Positions 38,749 to 54,618 of a stretch of 64,000 bases of DNA are shown here, piece by piece (positions within the stretch are counted from its first letter, which is position 1; the number at the start of each line of letters is the position of its first letter). The DNA is from Parasitella parasitica NRRL 2501. Its lineage: Eukaryota > Fungi > Mucoromycota. Under the pieces are notes generated by a model. It was not told the origin of the DNA. It ran no database searches and worked only from the letters and a program-made list of their open reading frames with translations. A program made the translations under genes and the position numbers. The stretch is from the NCBI GenBank assembly GCA_025201805.1, contig MU619286.1, positions 1-64,000 on the forward strand. The letters run 5' to 3'.

Positions 38749-39316
38749 ATGGTAGGGCCTATTCATCCATCCATCCATCCATCCATCAACATACGCAGCA
38801 GTAAACCCAACGCCAGGCATTAATGAACCGACAACTCTATCGGCGTTGATCGCTCTCACGACATGACCAACATTAAGCAGCTGTGCTGTTGTTGTGGATG
38901 GCACTCATGATTAGAAAATATTGTATTAAAAGCTATAAACTGTAGGTCAATATTCCCAAGACCCGTAATACCTATTGCAAGGGCAGCAAGTGTAGAAAGC
39001 ACACTCCCCATAAGGTCACTCAATACAAGGCTGGCAAGGCCTCGCTCTTTGCTCAAGGTAAGAGACGTTATGACCGCAAGCAATCCGGTTATGGTGGTCA
39101 AACCAAGCCTGTTTTCCACAAAAAGGCCAAGACCACCAAGAAGATTGTCCTCCGTCTCGAGTGCACTGGTGAGTTGTTTGGCTAATGTGATTGTGTGGAT
39201 TTACTCATCGACTGCTGTTAGCCTGCAAGTACAAGATGCAACTTGCCATCAAGAGATGCAAGCACTTTGAATTGGGCGGTGACAAGAAGACCAAGGGTGC
39301 TGCTCTCGTTTTCTAA
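38749..39316 (+). CDS. RPL42: 60S ribosomal protein eL42 (L44/L36a), 3 exons
   Basis: M|[74 protein letters not shown]|[20 protein letters not shown]. Confidence 0.97.
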
Positions 39317-40011
39317 ATTGTGTTTGTTATTGATACATAAAAATATATTTGGCAGCACCATCGCTGCAACAGAACCAGGACGTTTTGGATCCAATAAAAC
39401 TAGAGCATACCACCAAACGGTGCATACGGTTAGCAATTCAGTGATGCTGCTTTCAACAACGCTCTGTGTCATGGAACACGACAGCTGGAGCAATCAATAC
39501 CAGCGTAAAATCTAGTCTGCTGTATACGTGCAGACATTTTTTTTTCTTTCTTATGCAAATGCTGCACATCCTGATGTGGAGGAGTAGAGTGATGGTTTGC
39601 CTTATAGTGTAACGGTGGTAATGCCGTATAGTATAAAGACTACTGTTGTAGTTTAAATGGATCGAGTAAGTGGTGGCATCATGGTGATGTTGGTGTAAAC
39701 CCCATCCTTTACATATAACTACAGTCATCTGCGATGATCTTCCTCTTAATATGATTTTCGATGAGAATATTATTAAAAGGCTGTAGATTTTTTCAATGTA
39801 TCACATACAAGCAACAATGCGATATAATGAGCAACCATAATGCTTAACAAGCTTGAAGATTTTGATATTAGAGAGGCAGGCTTCCTCCAATGACAACTTG
39901 CAATTTTCGTACAGTGTCTAATTTTAGGAGCCTCCCCAGGGGTGGCCAAGAAGTTTTGTTCAGCGGTCAAGGGTCACCTTAATCTTCTTTTGCTCTTTGC
40001 AATTACTCAGC

Positions 40012-43198
<3,187 letters not shown>

Positions 43199-43334
43199 TA
43201 GATAATTTTTATAAAGTAAATAGCATATTCACATTGAGTTTGCTTGCTCTTACTAGAGCGCAGTGTCAGCGTGACACCTTACAAGTGTCGTTTGTTTATT
43301 TGAGTAAGGATGCCCATACAATGCATGCGTCAGA

Positions 43335-43998
43335 TCAGCGTCTGTTTCTGTGTGCGTCGTTAATAAACATACCGTAGAACCAATACAGATGCAGTGGAAA
43401 CATTGCCAGGGCCACTAACCACAGCAGTTCCAAGCAGTGGGTTTTCTTGAGAGCGAGTAACATGTACGTATGGAATACAAGTCCTAGCACAATAATCGAA
43501 ACAGTCAACAGGAGATCGCATCGCAAACAGATTTTGAATGAGCCCAATGAAAGCACAGCAGTGTTGGCAGCTCTAGAATACAGCTGATACTTGAGAAGGA
43601 AGACGACTTGCAGCGCAACAACTAGAGCGAAATGTCAATATACAAAGGGTGATGACTCTACCTCGTCAAGACAGTAGTGCGGTTCCTATAATAGATGGAA
43701 CCCAACGATGGGTTCAAAACTAGATAGCTTATAAAGAAGCAAACCAATGCCGTATGCCAGTTGGAACCTATGCTTAGCAAATGTCAGAATCATACAATTG
43801 ACTTGCTTGTTGGTTTTTGCAAATCCACATTTGACACAGCAAAAGAAAAAAGCAAACAAGGGAATCAAAAACTAGCGAAAAAAAGAATTAGAAAACAACT
43901 GGTCAGCAGAAAACTTTGGATATGGTGAGTTTGGGTATTATTTACAAGCAATAGAAATTCAATATGAAGAAGGTGGGAACAAGTGGTACCATATTCAT
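43335..43998 (-). CDS. Hypothetical multi-pass membrane protein, multi-exon (model uncertain)
   Basis: Several hydrophobic ORF segments separated by intron-like sequences. Confidence 0.4.
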
Positions 43999-44021
43999 AT
44001 ATACATGCATATGTATATAGA

Positions 44022-44393
44022 CACTATTTCCAGAAATTATTGGTGCACTAGCAAAAACATTTAGGTGCACTGCCAAAAAACGTTTTGGCGCACGACCAAA
44101 ATAAATTTGGTGCAAAACTAAAATGTGTTTGGTGCACACTCTTTCCTATTATTTTAAAGGAGTTAGTTATCAATGGCTTTAAAGTTTTTCGTAGATACTG
44201 CAATTTCAGATAGAATGGCTGTGGAAAGAAAAATATATGAAACAAAGTTATTCACATGAATCTCTGTGCATTTAACCTTGCACCAAAAATGTTTCAACTT
44301 TGCACAAAATTTATTTTGGTCGTGCGCCAAAACGTTTTTTGGCAGTGCACCTAAATGTTTTTGCTAGTGCACCAATAATTTCTGGAAATAGTG
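44022..44393. mobile_element. CACTA/CMC-type MITE (372 bp)
   Basis: Begins CACTA and ends TAGTG. TIRs are perfect for 87 bp and imperfect to ~115 bp, with internal TGGTGCAC-like subrepeats. 2-bp GA duplication on both sides. Confidence 0.9.
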
Positions 44394-44843
44394 GAAACCA
44401 GTAGATTTGGGGGACATATTTGAGTCCACTGATAAGATGTAAAAGTAGAAACTTTGTCGTTGTTCCTCTACATAGGTATCATGGTTTAAAAAATCCTGAT
44501 TATAGTTTATTTGAGAAAAGAGGATTTAGTGGCAACAATCATGTTTATTGACAAAATTTCTCGTTTCGAATGTTGTACTGTATAAATGAATAACATATCT
44601 CAAGATACGGCAAGTCAGGCAAGTCAATGCACAAACAAGAGCCTCAAATATATAGACTAGGTACACTATTTTGCCTGCTACGTTGCATTACAACACATCT
44701 TTTTTCTCTTTGGCCAAAAGACATGTACCCAAATCATATTGCATACAATAAAAAGTGTCCCGCCCTTGGATGAAGGCCTTTTTATCCCTATCCAACACAC
44801 TCCCTAAAAGTAAAAAACATTCAAGTTTTTATGTAGGTATTCT

Positions 44844-46975
44844 CTAATGATTGACAAGGGCGCCAATCAAAATACAAGGCACAGTTGTTCCTTTAACAAC
44901 CTCTGAGTGTTCAGGAGTCCTTTTGGGCAATTGCAAAAGACCATTTGCTTCAACCATGCTGAGCATGCGACTACTTTGCTGTTTACCAGTAGATGTAGCA
45001 ATCATATTACCTTGAGAACTAATAGACACTTGGACTCGATGGAATTCAGGTCTGGGGTCCAATTGAATCGTATTTTGGATCTGCACAGGCACCAGCACAT
45101 TCTCAGGTTTAGGCCAGCCTGCCATACGACGCAATGCGGGCAATACAAACAAGTGGAATCCAACCGTGGCAGACACTGGATTTCCAGGCAATGCAAAAAC
45201 CAACTTGGGAGGACGTTTAGGTCCTTGAGGGATAGTTGCAAATGTTGTAGGCTTGCCAGGTTTCATCATGACGCGGCCAAAATGGACGGTAGCCTCCAGC
45301 TTTTGCTCCAAAATAGGCTTCATAAAATCAGCTTCGCCCATGGAAACACCGCCTGTCGTCAGCAAGACATCTGTCTTGGTGGTAGCTTCTTCCAACCGCT
45401 CTACAATGTCATCTACATTATCATCAACAATCCCCAAATCAACTGCCTCAAATCCGGCTACTTGGATAGCCGCAAGAAGAGTTATACGGTTGGTATCGCG
45501 AATTTGTCCAGGCTTTAAATGGTCAGTGTGGATATGGTCAAGGACTTCGTTGCCTGACGATAGCACCCCAACACGAGGTTTGCGAAAGACTTTGACATGT
45601 CGTACGCCTACTGAAGCTAGTACACCCAAATCAGCGCCAATACACTGTCCTTTGTGGCCAACAATCTGCCCAACAGAGCAATCGCTCCCAACTTCTCTAA
45701 TATTGTCTCCAGGTCGAGCACTGACAAGGACCTCTACCTCCACCTCTTCATCACCAGAGGGAGAACTTTTCGCAAGCTTGGTATCTTCCACCATGATAAC
45801 AGCATTGGCATTTTCATAGACCATGCCACCTGTAGCAACCCGAGCGACCTTTCCTCTGCTCAAAGTCTTGGGTCGATCTTGATCTATACCTATTTGAGCC
45901 AACGAAATAGACTCGATTTCGTATACACCAGGTCCATCTTCAACTGTCTGGGGATGTTAGCAGATAGAATAAAAATATGACATAATATCAACGTACCATG
46001 AATGGCATAGCCATCGACAATCGAAGCGCGATATCCAGGAACAGGTTCCAAAGAACAAACGTCTTCTGCTAACACATACCCAGGCAAGAATTGGGTAACA
46101 GGCATACTGATTACATTTAGCGTGTTTGCATGTTTTGCAATAATCTTGTGGGCCTCTTCTACAGGAATCAACGGATACGGCGACGATCTGGCACGTCTTG
46201 ATACTGGAGTATCCAATGAAGCAGACACGCCTGTTTGGCTAGGATGGCCTTGTTGGTCATGGCGATGAGAGCACGTATGTCCAAATCCGCCACTTTGGAT
46301 TGTGGCTGCCATTTTCTGTTGCGATTCTTGCATTTGATCATGCATCTTCTTTACAGATCTGCCCAGAATCAAATCTAGCGAATGAGGCAACACTTTAAAG
46401 ACGGCATCCATGTTCTCTTTGCACGCTTTTGGACTGCCGGGCAGCGTAATAATCAATGTCTTGTTTCTGATGCCTGTAATTGGCCTGGACAAGGCGGCAA
46501 AGGGGGTTATTGCCAAAGAAGTAGAAAGCAGCAAGTGCGTTATGCCAGTCGTTTCTTTAGCCAGTAAAGGCTTGATGGCTTCAGGCGTGATGTCCCTTTC
46601 GGAAAACCCAGTACCTCCTGTCAACACAATCGCATTAACACAAACATCGTCTGACCACTTTTTGACAATGTCTCCAATGTCTTGCACTTGATCTGGCACA
46701 ATGGCTTGCTCTTTTACAGAGTATTTCGCGTCTGCCGCAAACAATTCCCTTATAAGCGGCCCACTCTTGTCCTGCATGTTGTCTTTGGAAGCAGTATCGC
46801 TGACTAATTTATTAGGTACAGATCAACACGGGGCTTGAGAATAAAGGACCCCTCCCTTCCACAATAGCAATAGGTGCTTACCTGTCAAGATGCCTATCGT
46901 ATATGGCGCTACTTGATGCTGGTTGTTAGTTGTGTGTCCTACGTCAGCATTGCCTATACAGCGCTTACCTGCCAT
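44844..46975 (-). CDS. Molybdopterin biosynthesis MogA-MoeA fusion (gephyrin/Cnx1/CnxE), multi-exon
   Basis: GILT|VSD...DKSGP, TGGTGFSERDITPEA, LPGSPKA, ASIVDGYA, GQIRDTN, TGGVSMGEAD, MKPGKP and LPGNPVS. Confidence 0.94.
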
Positions 46976-47126
46976 GGCCGGTTAAAAATGAGGTGTATTA
47001 GCGTAAGGAAAAAAGAAAAAGATGTAGAAGGAAGGCTCTTTAAAAAAAAGTTCACATAAATAGTTTCAGGTTTTTTTCTCTCCCTCTCCCTCTCTCTCTT
47101 TCTCTTTCTCAAGATAAATTGCGATA

Positions 47127-47912
47127 ATGACAAGTGCGTTTGCGGCAGTTATCGTTTGCTTGGTGCTGATACCAGCTATACCGCTGGGAATATACGCTAT
47201 TGGGCTTTTGTTGCCTAGCAACCACATAGCTTCTCGCGCTACTACATACAACACGACACCCAAGATTCTTTGGGCTATTCTAACCAGCGTAGAGGATTAC
47301 CCTGCTTGGCGTTCTAATATCGATCGAGTAACAATAAGACGAGACGAATTCGAAAATCAAATCAACCAGTACGACGACGATAGTCGCACTACATTTGTTG
47401 AATATACCAAAAAAGATCGACGCACTGTAGTCATGCATATTGAACAAGAGCACGAAAGAAAGCTGCTGAGAGTGCTGGAGGAGAGGTCTTACATTCCACC
47501 GGGCGAACAAGCGCCACAAAGAAAATCTACGTTTAGCGGCTCGTGGACTTTTCTGATTGAGCCCATTGAAGGCCAAGATAAAGCAGTAAAGTTAAAGATC
47601 ACAGAGCAAGGCGTTATCAACAAGCCGATGGTCCGTGTGTCTCACATGCTGCTGTTTGGATACCACCGAAGAATTGATCGCTTTATCAAGGATTTGGGAA
47701 AGGAAATCGACTTGGGCATCCTCGAAGGACAAGGCGAAGATGAACAAGACCAAAATGACGAGCATTCTCAAGACGCAATGGTGCAGCAACAAGCCGCAGA
47801 AGAATTTGAAGCAGGGCCTGACGATAGCATGTTGCAGCCGTCAATCATCACTGAATCAAAGATTCTCGATAAAGAATGGGATATGGTGAATGAGGTTTAC
47901 GAGAAAAAGTAA
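47127..47912 (+). CDS. SRPBCC/START-like domain protein with N-terminal TM and acidic tail
   Basis: PKILWAILTSVEDYPAWRS, FSGSWTFLIEP..VKLKITEQG pattern. Confidence 0.7.
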   Translation: MTSAFAAVIVCLVLIPAIPLGIYAIGLLLPSNHIASRATTYNTTPKILWAILTSVEDYPAWRSNIDRVTIRRDEFENQINQYDDDSRTTFVEYTKKDRRTVVMHIEQEHERKLLRVLEERSYIPPGEQAPQRKSTFSGSWTFLIEPIEGQDKAVKLKITEQGVINKPMVRVSHMLLFGYHRRIDRFIKDLGKEIDLGILEGQGEDEQDQNDEHSQDAMVQQQAAEEFEAGPDDSMLQPSIITESKILDKEWDMVNEVYEKK

Positions 47913-47918
47913 ATATTT

Positions 47919-49203
47919 TTATGCAAATAAAGGCTTCTTGAAGAAACGGGCTACAAAGAACCCACTTGTGCTACTTGAGATGGGGTCAAATCTGAGGCAA
48001 TTCGCTTCAATTTCATACTGCAGCGCTGGAAAAGCTTCCTGCTGCTTGATTTTGGCCGGTTTAACATTGAAGCTGGGTATCTTTACAAGTGTTGCGTCTT
48101 GGTATTCGTTCAGGAACCATGCCACATTGGCTTCGTTTTGCCGAATGGACAGTGAGCATGTACTATAAACCATAATTCCTCCTGGTTTCAGCATGTTCCA
48201 ACCTTGTTTCATTAAATTGCACTAGCACGAGTGAATAACAGCAGTTGTCACGATTATATCATAATTACCTGCAATTCTGTTATTGTACCTATTCTATTGG
48301 GGTCCATGAAATTCTTTTCAAACGCATCCCATCCCCACTTTTCGTATTTGAGAATATGCGCTATGCTCCCGTCATGCGTGCATTCAGCATCCACAAGTAC
48401 CTTGTCGTAGAGCGAGGGCTTTGTCTGTGCGTCGAATCGAAGCAATCTAGATGACCAGAAGGGTTGAACTAAATCTGTCTTTTGGCGCTTCCTAGGTATA
48501 TCTTCTTGGCTACTCTGACGGATCATCTTGTTTCCCAGCCGAGAGGGTGCTGGGACTTGAAAAGTTGTGCCATCAGCTTCAAACAAACGCACCTTCTCTC
48601 CCACCTTGTACTTTTTCAGTAATGATCTACATGTGGCTAGTCGATGGCCTGCCAAATCAACCCCAGTAGCTGTGCCTAGTCCGTCTCTTCCCAGAATATT
48701 GGCAATCATGCACAATTTAGCTCCTGGTGCGCAGCATAAATCTAGCACTTGCTCGTCTTTTTGTATTTCCAATGCCTCGACCGCAATGGCTGAACTGAGG
48801 TCAATGCCGAAAATAGCTTGATTCTTGTAGCTAATGCAAGTAGTTTAGTGTACCCCCCCCCCTCTAGGATCAGCAAAAAAAAAACTCACGCAGGAATATC
48901 AGATATACGTTGTGTAGTGTCATCTAGCTGTACCTTGAAAAAATTATCAATGCCATCAACTTGATATACCTTGTCCGTCTGGAATTGGCTTTTTAGGTCT
49001 TCAAGGGTGGGTCGCTTATCATCTGGCAAATGAGTATTTGTTCTAACGTATCGAGGCAGAGTTACAACAGTGTAAATTTGTGGATCGATTGAATTGTCAT
49101 GTAAGAATTTCTTGAATGAATCTGGCAGTTTTTCTATATCAAAGCTTGCTCTACTGTCCTTTGTCGTTGGGTTGACTTGGTCGTCTTTATCATGGCTAGA
49201 CAT
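47919..49203 (-). CDS. RsmB/NOP2/NSUN-family RNA m5C methyltransferase, multi-exon
   Basis: VLDLCCAPGAK, YDKVLVDAECTHDG, MVYSTCSL and SGFFVARF. Confidence 0.9.
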
Positions 49204-49565
49204 CTCGACGTTCTTGGAGGAAGAACAGGCAAATTTTTTTTCTCTCTCTCTCTCTCTCGTCTGAGTAACAGGAAGCACAATTCACTTTCTGTCTCAGATC
49301 ATTGCAAAATACGGTGCAATCACTACTATGATGAAATTTGACATCTTGTCAACAAATCTCATTACAAGCAATATAAAGCCGTTGATCTCTTGCAATTCCA
49401 GCTCAAGCACAACTTGCTGTGGCAGCTATTGATTATTGTAATGTACGAGAATCATTGCAATGTCTGCTGGTTTCACGGATATGAAAAACCAAGCCACGGC
49501 TACCACAGCGATAAATTAATACAGAAAAAAGGGGGGATGCATCCTCATCTTTTGGCAAGTCAAAT

Positions 49566-50104
49566 ATGTCTAAATTCACAAACGTCAAAATCATCCAAAT
49601 TGAATACCCCAATGAAATACACAGAGCTCTAGCTGTTCGCAGAAAAGTTTTCATTGAAGAGCAAGGCTATTCCGAAAAGATTGAGAAGGATGGGTATGTT
49701 GTAGCACCCAGCACGTACCCCACGTAAACTTTACTAAATCTTACAAAAGACTAGACGGCGCCTGCCAACATTGGATCGCTACTTGCGATAAAGAAAATGA
49801 AGATGGAACAATTGAGCACAATGTAGACATTGGAAACGTTCGTCTGATCCCTAAATCGGAAGGTGTAGCCAAGTTGGGTCGTCTTGCTGTGCTGTCTAGC
49901 GCTCGTGGTCTTCAAGTTGGACGTCTACTAGTCGAGGCTTTTGCTAATTATTGTAAACATAACAATTACACCACCATCGTATTGCATTCCCAATATCCTA
50001 GACGAGGCTTCTATGAAAAAACTGGTTTTCGAATTGAGGAAGGTGATGATCAGATTTTCGATGAAGCAGGCACCCCCCATGTTCGCATGTGGATGCGCCT
50101 GTAG
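49566..50104 (+). CDS. GNAT acetyltransferase (ElaA/YjcF-like), 2 exons
   Basis: VRRKVFIEEQG, AKLGRLAVLSSARGLQVGR, FYEKTGF and FDEAGTPHVRM. Confidence 0.88.
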
Positions 50105-51568
50105 TGCACTGGCTATTTACCTGTTATAAACGTAGATAAAAGTTATACACTAATAAAGTAGTAGTGACATGTATCAAGAGAGCATTTGTGTATTCCTTCC
50201 ATTTCGGGCTTACATGATCTCCAACAAAATAAAAGGTAATTTAGCTTGGAAAGCTCCTTCTTTTCTATCACTGCTTACAGTCCTTTAAGAAAGCTCCCAT
50301 TTAAAGTTCTTTGAAGGTGCGTGTGTTGTCTTGTTTACTTGATTCATCCACAAATGTACCATATTTGATAGTTGTTTGCAACGCACCTTTATTCAATGAT
50401 GTATCCGTTTCGAATATCGAGTCATTAATGTGTGAAAAAGTTGTTCAAGGAAAATAGAATGGTACGGGGACAATATTGGTAAATGCTGGTATGATGCATA
50501 AATTTAGTACTTGCAACCTTGATGTTCTGATCCAGAATTCAGCGTATAAATGCTTCTGATATAACATTCGGGCTACATCAACTCATTTTGCCCTTGTCTT
50601 GCGCCAAGAGCCTGCGTTGCTCTCTGTGCAAAATTTCTCGTTCTCTCACGGGGATGCAACAAGTAAGACTCTTCAATTCATCTTTCTACTGAATTCTTTA
50701 CTCGCAGCATTGTCAAATTGACTTGAACATACTGCTGTATGACAGCTATTCTCATATGCTTCAAGCACTATTGTTTAGCAACAGTTGCAGACCCTGCAGC
50801 TTTAAAACACTTGATGCTTGACTAATACCGTATATATATTCACCACTACCAGGTGCTTTTTGTTGCTATCGATATTGTATATTTGTTGAAATCTCGACGA
50901 CATGGCTCCTTTTCAACGCTCAGCTCATGACTTTGCAAAGGGTTTGGTAACCATACTAATTGTGAGTCGATAGCAACCACAGAGTAAAGGAGATGCGCAA
51001 ATGTTTATTTTACTGTATCACCTAGGTAGCAGCAAAGAAGAAAAAGGAGGGAATTCACAAAAAGCATGGATAGACAAAGAAGCCCCTTTTTTCGTATAGA
51101 CATGTTTTTGTGTTGTCTTTTTTGCATCAGATAATAATGCTATCGCATTGTATGTGTCTAGTGAAGAAGGAATGGCAGGTCCTGTTTGCTTTTGCAGCAT
51201 GAATCTCGCAGGATATTCTCTATTTATGTGGCACAATGCGCTTTGTTGCCCATGAGAACTATTATGCATTTCTGTTGATGATTTCACTACACACTTGTCT
51301 GCTGCTGTTGCTGTGAGGGCGCAACACGCACACCTATTTATAAGTTTGCACAACCTGGTGCTACCACGTCAAAATCAAACAGACCAATTATCATGAATGA
51401 TATCTTGCATTTGTTCGCCCTTTCATAAGAAAACATTGCACACAAAACAAACCCCTCCCCTTTGACTCTCCCCCCCCCCCCTCATCACCCCACTGTTTGC
51501 TGATACTATAAAAAAGATATTCTTTCTCTTTGTTCAATCTCGAGGCTTTCTTCTCTGTATTCTCTTGA

Positions 51569-52297
51569 ATGTTAAAATCCATCATTTTACTTTCTTCGTT
51601 GGCCCTCGGCGCTGTTAATGCCCAAGTGCAATCTCCCACTTATCAGTACAATGTCACTTCCCCAAGCCCGAATTCTCCCTATGTTGCCAGCCAAATCCTT
51701 CCATGCATCTATGATATTGCAGACAATACAACAGCCGATAGTAAGTAGTCTTTTCAAAGATATGCGGCTAAACCTCATCGCAACTTGCAAATAGATCTCC
51801 AGCTCTCAATCTCATTAGTTGGCGCCAACATGTCTGCTCACCTGACTGCTTCTGCAGACATCTCGCAAGGATTCAGCTACCAAAAGCAGATTGGAGGCGC
51901 TACAGTGTATGAGCATCAATTTAACGTAAGTACCATGTATAGTGTAGCTCTGAGAACATGCTCCTGATAACTGCTTTTTTTGAATTAAAAAAAAAAAAAA
52001 AAAAAAAAATAGTACAACATTCCTCCCAACACAACGGCCGGTGCTTATCAAGTAGTCTTTCTCGATAATGTATCTCAAACAAACGTCAGCATTCCCATTA
52101 CAATTTCTGCTGCACCTGTAACTCCTACTTCGTCTGCTGCTGTTCCTTCTGGATCTTCTGGGACAACTGCAGCAACTACCTCTGTGCCTGCCAGCATCTT
52201 TAACAAGGACAGCTCTTCCGCTGATCCTGCCATTCCACTCTCAAAATACCTGCTTGTAGCCTCTTTCTCAGTAATAGTTGCCTTTGTGCAATTTTAA
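51569..52297 (+). CDS. Secreted, probably GPI-anchored Ser/Thr-rich cell-surface protein, 3 exons
   Basis: MLKSIILLSSLALGAVNA signal peptide, small beta-rich domain, S/T-rich stalk and hydrophobic C-terminus. Two GT-AG introns join in frame. Confidence 0.8.
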
Positions 52298-52561
52298 TCT
52301 TTTATATAATTGCCGTTTTTGCTAGTTTTTCTGGAGCAAAATCTAATCGTATCTTATACATAAAATAATTGTAGTGTTTTATAATAATCAAGTAAGCGGT
52401 GGGGCGAGTGTTTTGACTTTTTGCTGAATCAAGACTAATTTTACGAAAATAAGCAATAGAATAAATGGTTTATTAATTGTATGGTGCAATAGTAATATAT
52501 AAGATAGAAAAATGCTGTGATAATAGATGTTTACAATAGATACAAGAGTGTAATAAATAAC

Positions 52562-54618
52562 TTAAATTGCTGGTACTACAGCTCTGGGAGCTGCCTTTCT
52601 TGCGTTAGACAGGCGTGCAAAAGCACGAGAATAGATGGACACCATTTCAGAGAATGTAGCAGAGATAGCACGTGCTACTGGACCACGGAAGCCATATATA
52701 CAGCGCAAGGCAATCCACTGTTGTTGATGTTTAGGCACTTTTGCACGCAAAGGGAACCCTGGAGCGTTGACAAGAGTAGGTCCAATGGCCATGTAGATTT
52801 CAAAAGCAGCTCTGATGCTGCTTTGCACTTCTTCTGGCAAGCCGTCAATTCCCTTTTGAGCCTTATTTGAAATCTGGTCTGCAAGGCCCAAAATACGGAT
52901 AGAAAAGGATTTGAGAGCATGCTCACCAACTAATAAAGGGTTCCTTGCGACTTTCAAGATGTGATACACATTTTGAGGCGGGTAGGGCATGTACTGAAGC
53001 GGAACGTAGCAACGGCCCACAAGGCTGTCAGCGATTACATCACGAGCAATATTGATCAATTGAAGACACTTTTAGAGCAAAAAGAAGCTTGTTTAGTACA
53101 TCAAAAAAATTATTCTGATTAGCTAATTTGTCTCTCACATACCTGCCCTGTCGCTCTGGCTCTTAATAGCACATGCTCATTCCGTACAGCGTTATTTTTT
53201 GGATTTCCCCAGTTGCCTCTGCCTGTTTTGTACATGATGGCGCAAGTGCACAGCTCACCGAACGTGCCAGAGATGAGAGCAGCATAGTTTAGCAGGTCTT
53301 TTTGCTTCTTGACAGGCTCTCCACGCAGATCATGTTCCCAAGCATCGGTAAGCTCGGACATGGCACGAGGACATAGGTAATGCGAGATGCGGGCAAAGTT
53401 TCTAAATATGGCCAGCACGTCTTGGTTTGGAAGAAGAGCATTGTAATAATCCCAGTTAATGTGTTCGGGTAGGGTCAAGTCCTGGTGGCTCTTGTAACTG
53501 TTGATGGCCTGCTTAGGGTAAAAGACTTCTCGCAGAAACCTTCGAATAATGACCAAATTCTGCTCGCATTGCTTTCGCGTAGGGGCATCATCTACCAGGT
53601 CATCGGCGGTACGGAAGAATGCGTACAAAAGACAGAGATCTTGGCGCAAGTTGACAGGAAACAAGGCAGCCATGGTCTTCCAGGACCTGGAGGCAGGGCC
53701 CAAGACGCGGATTGCGGTTTCAAGGTCGTCAATAGGGGAAGCGTCAAGGTCAGCTTCATTTGGCATGCAAGAAATCAGACGAATGATGGCAATCCAGTAG
53801 GGTAAAGACAGCTGGTCTTGCAGGGCAGCTTGTTTTGACCTATCCTTCTGAACCAGGTGGGGAAATGTATTTAGAATGGTGTCGACATAGTCCAGGGCAT
53901 TGCACGAAAGCACCAGAACAAGCACAAACAGGGCACAATCTAAAACGGTAGCTGCGTATAATTTACTGTGGGTATATGCTGTACGACAAACAAATGAGCC
54001 AAACAACGTTGAGATCACAGATGCTGCAGCGATCACTTTTGCCCTGCGAACAAAATAAGGGCCAGCAATGTACCACATTAGCCCAATGATAGTCAGTGCA
54101 AACGACGTTTGTGGCCGAGAAGCGTATTGGCTAATTGAAATAGTAATTAATTAAAAAGAATGAAATAAGGGGCGGATTCAGACTTACCTGGTGATGGCCA
54201 TCAGAATAAGCGAAACAGACAGACCATGGCGAGCAAAACTAGACACAACAGCGCTTGAACGTGGGTTGATAAAGGTAATTGGGAACTGCCATCTTGTCAA
54301 CAGGCCGCATAGAGACACGATAAAAGTAGTTAGCATAAGCAGAACAAGTGCATCCGAGAATAAAGGGGGGGCTGATAGACCAAATGCAGCAGCAGAGTTT
54401 AAATGTATTAAATCCAAGGCGGATGTCATGTTATTAGTGCTGTTATCGTAGAGGTTTGTTATTACTGCTGCTTTATTGTTGTAATCAATGACAAACGGGG
54501 CAAGAAATGCAGCGCCACCTAATGCACTGTATTTTGCTTTATCCAGCTTTGTTATAAAAGGTCGATATACGCAGAAGACGACCACAAGAGCAGCCAGAGT
54601 GTAATAAATATATGCCAT
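52562..54618 (-). CDS. Divergent CarRP/CarRA/CrtYB-like lycopene cyclase-phytoene synthase protein, 3 exons
   Basis: ASRSW, LYAFFRTADDLVDD, DLLNYA and LQLINIARDVIADSLVGRCYVP (phytoene/squalene synthase fold). The N-terminal hydrophobic domain begins YYTL...RPF like the fungal cyclase domain. Confidence 0.82.

Noticed and set aside
44907-45819. Long antisense ORFs over the Cnx1-like gene (and similar shadows over other genes)
   Set aside because: Opposite-strand shadows of well-supported CDSs.
50300-51010. Coding-like composition on the minus strand
   Set aside because: Interrupted in all frames examined, with no identifiable homology.
54181-54195. ACTTACCTGG resembling the U1 snRNA 5' end
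   Set aside because: It is the reverse complement of the CarRP-like gene's 5' splice site.
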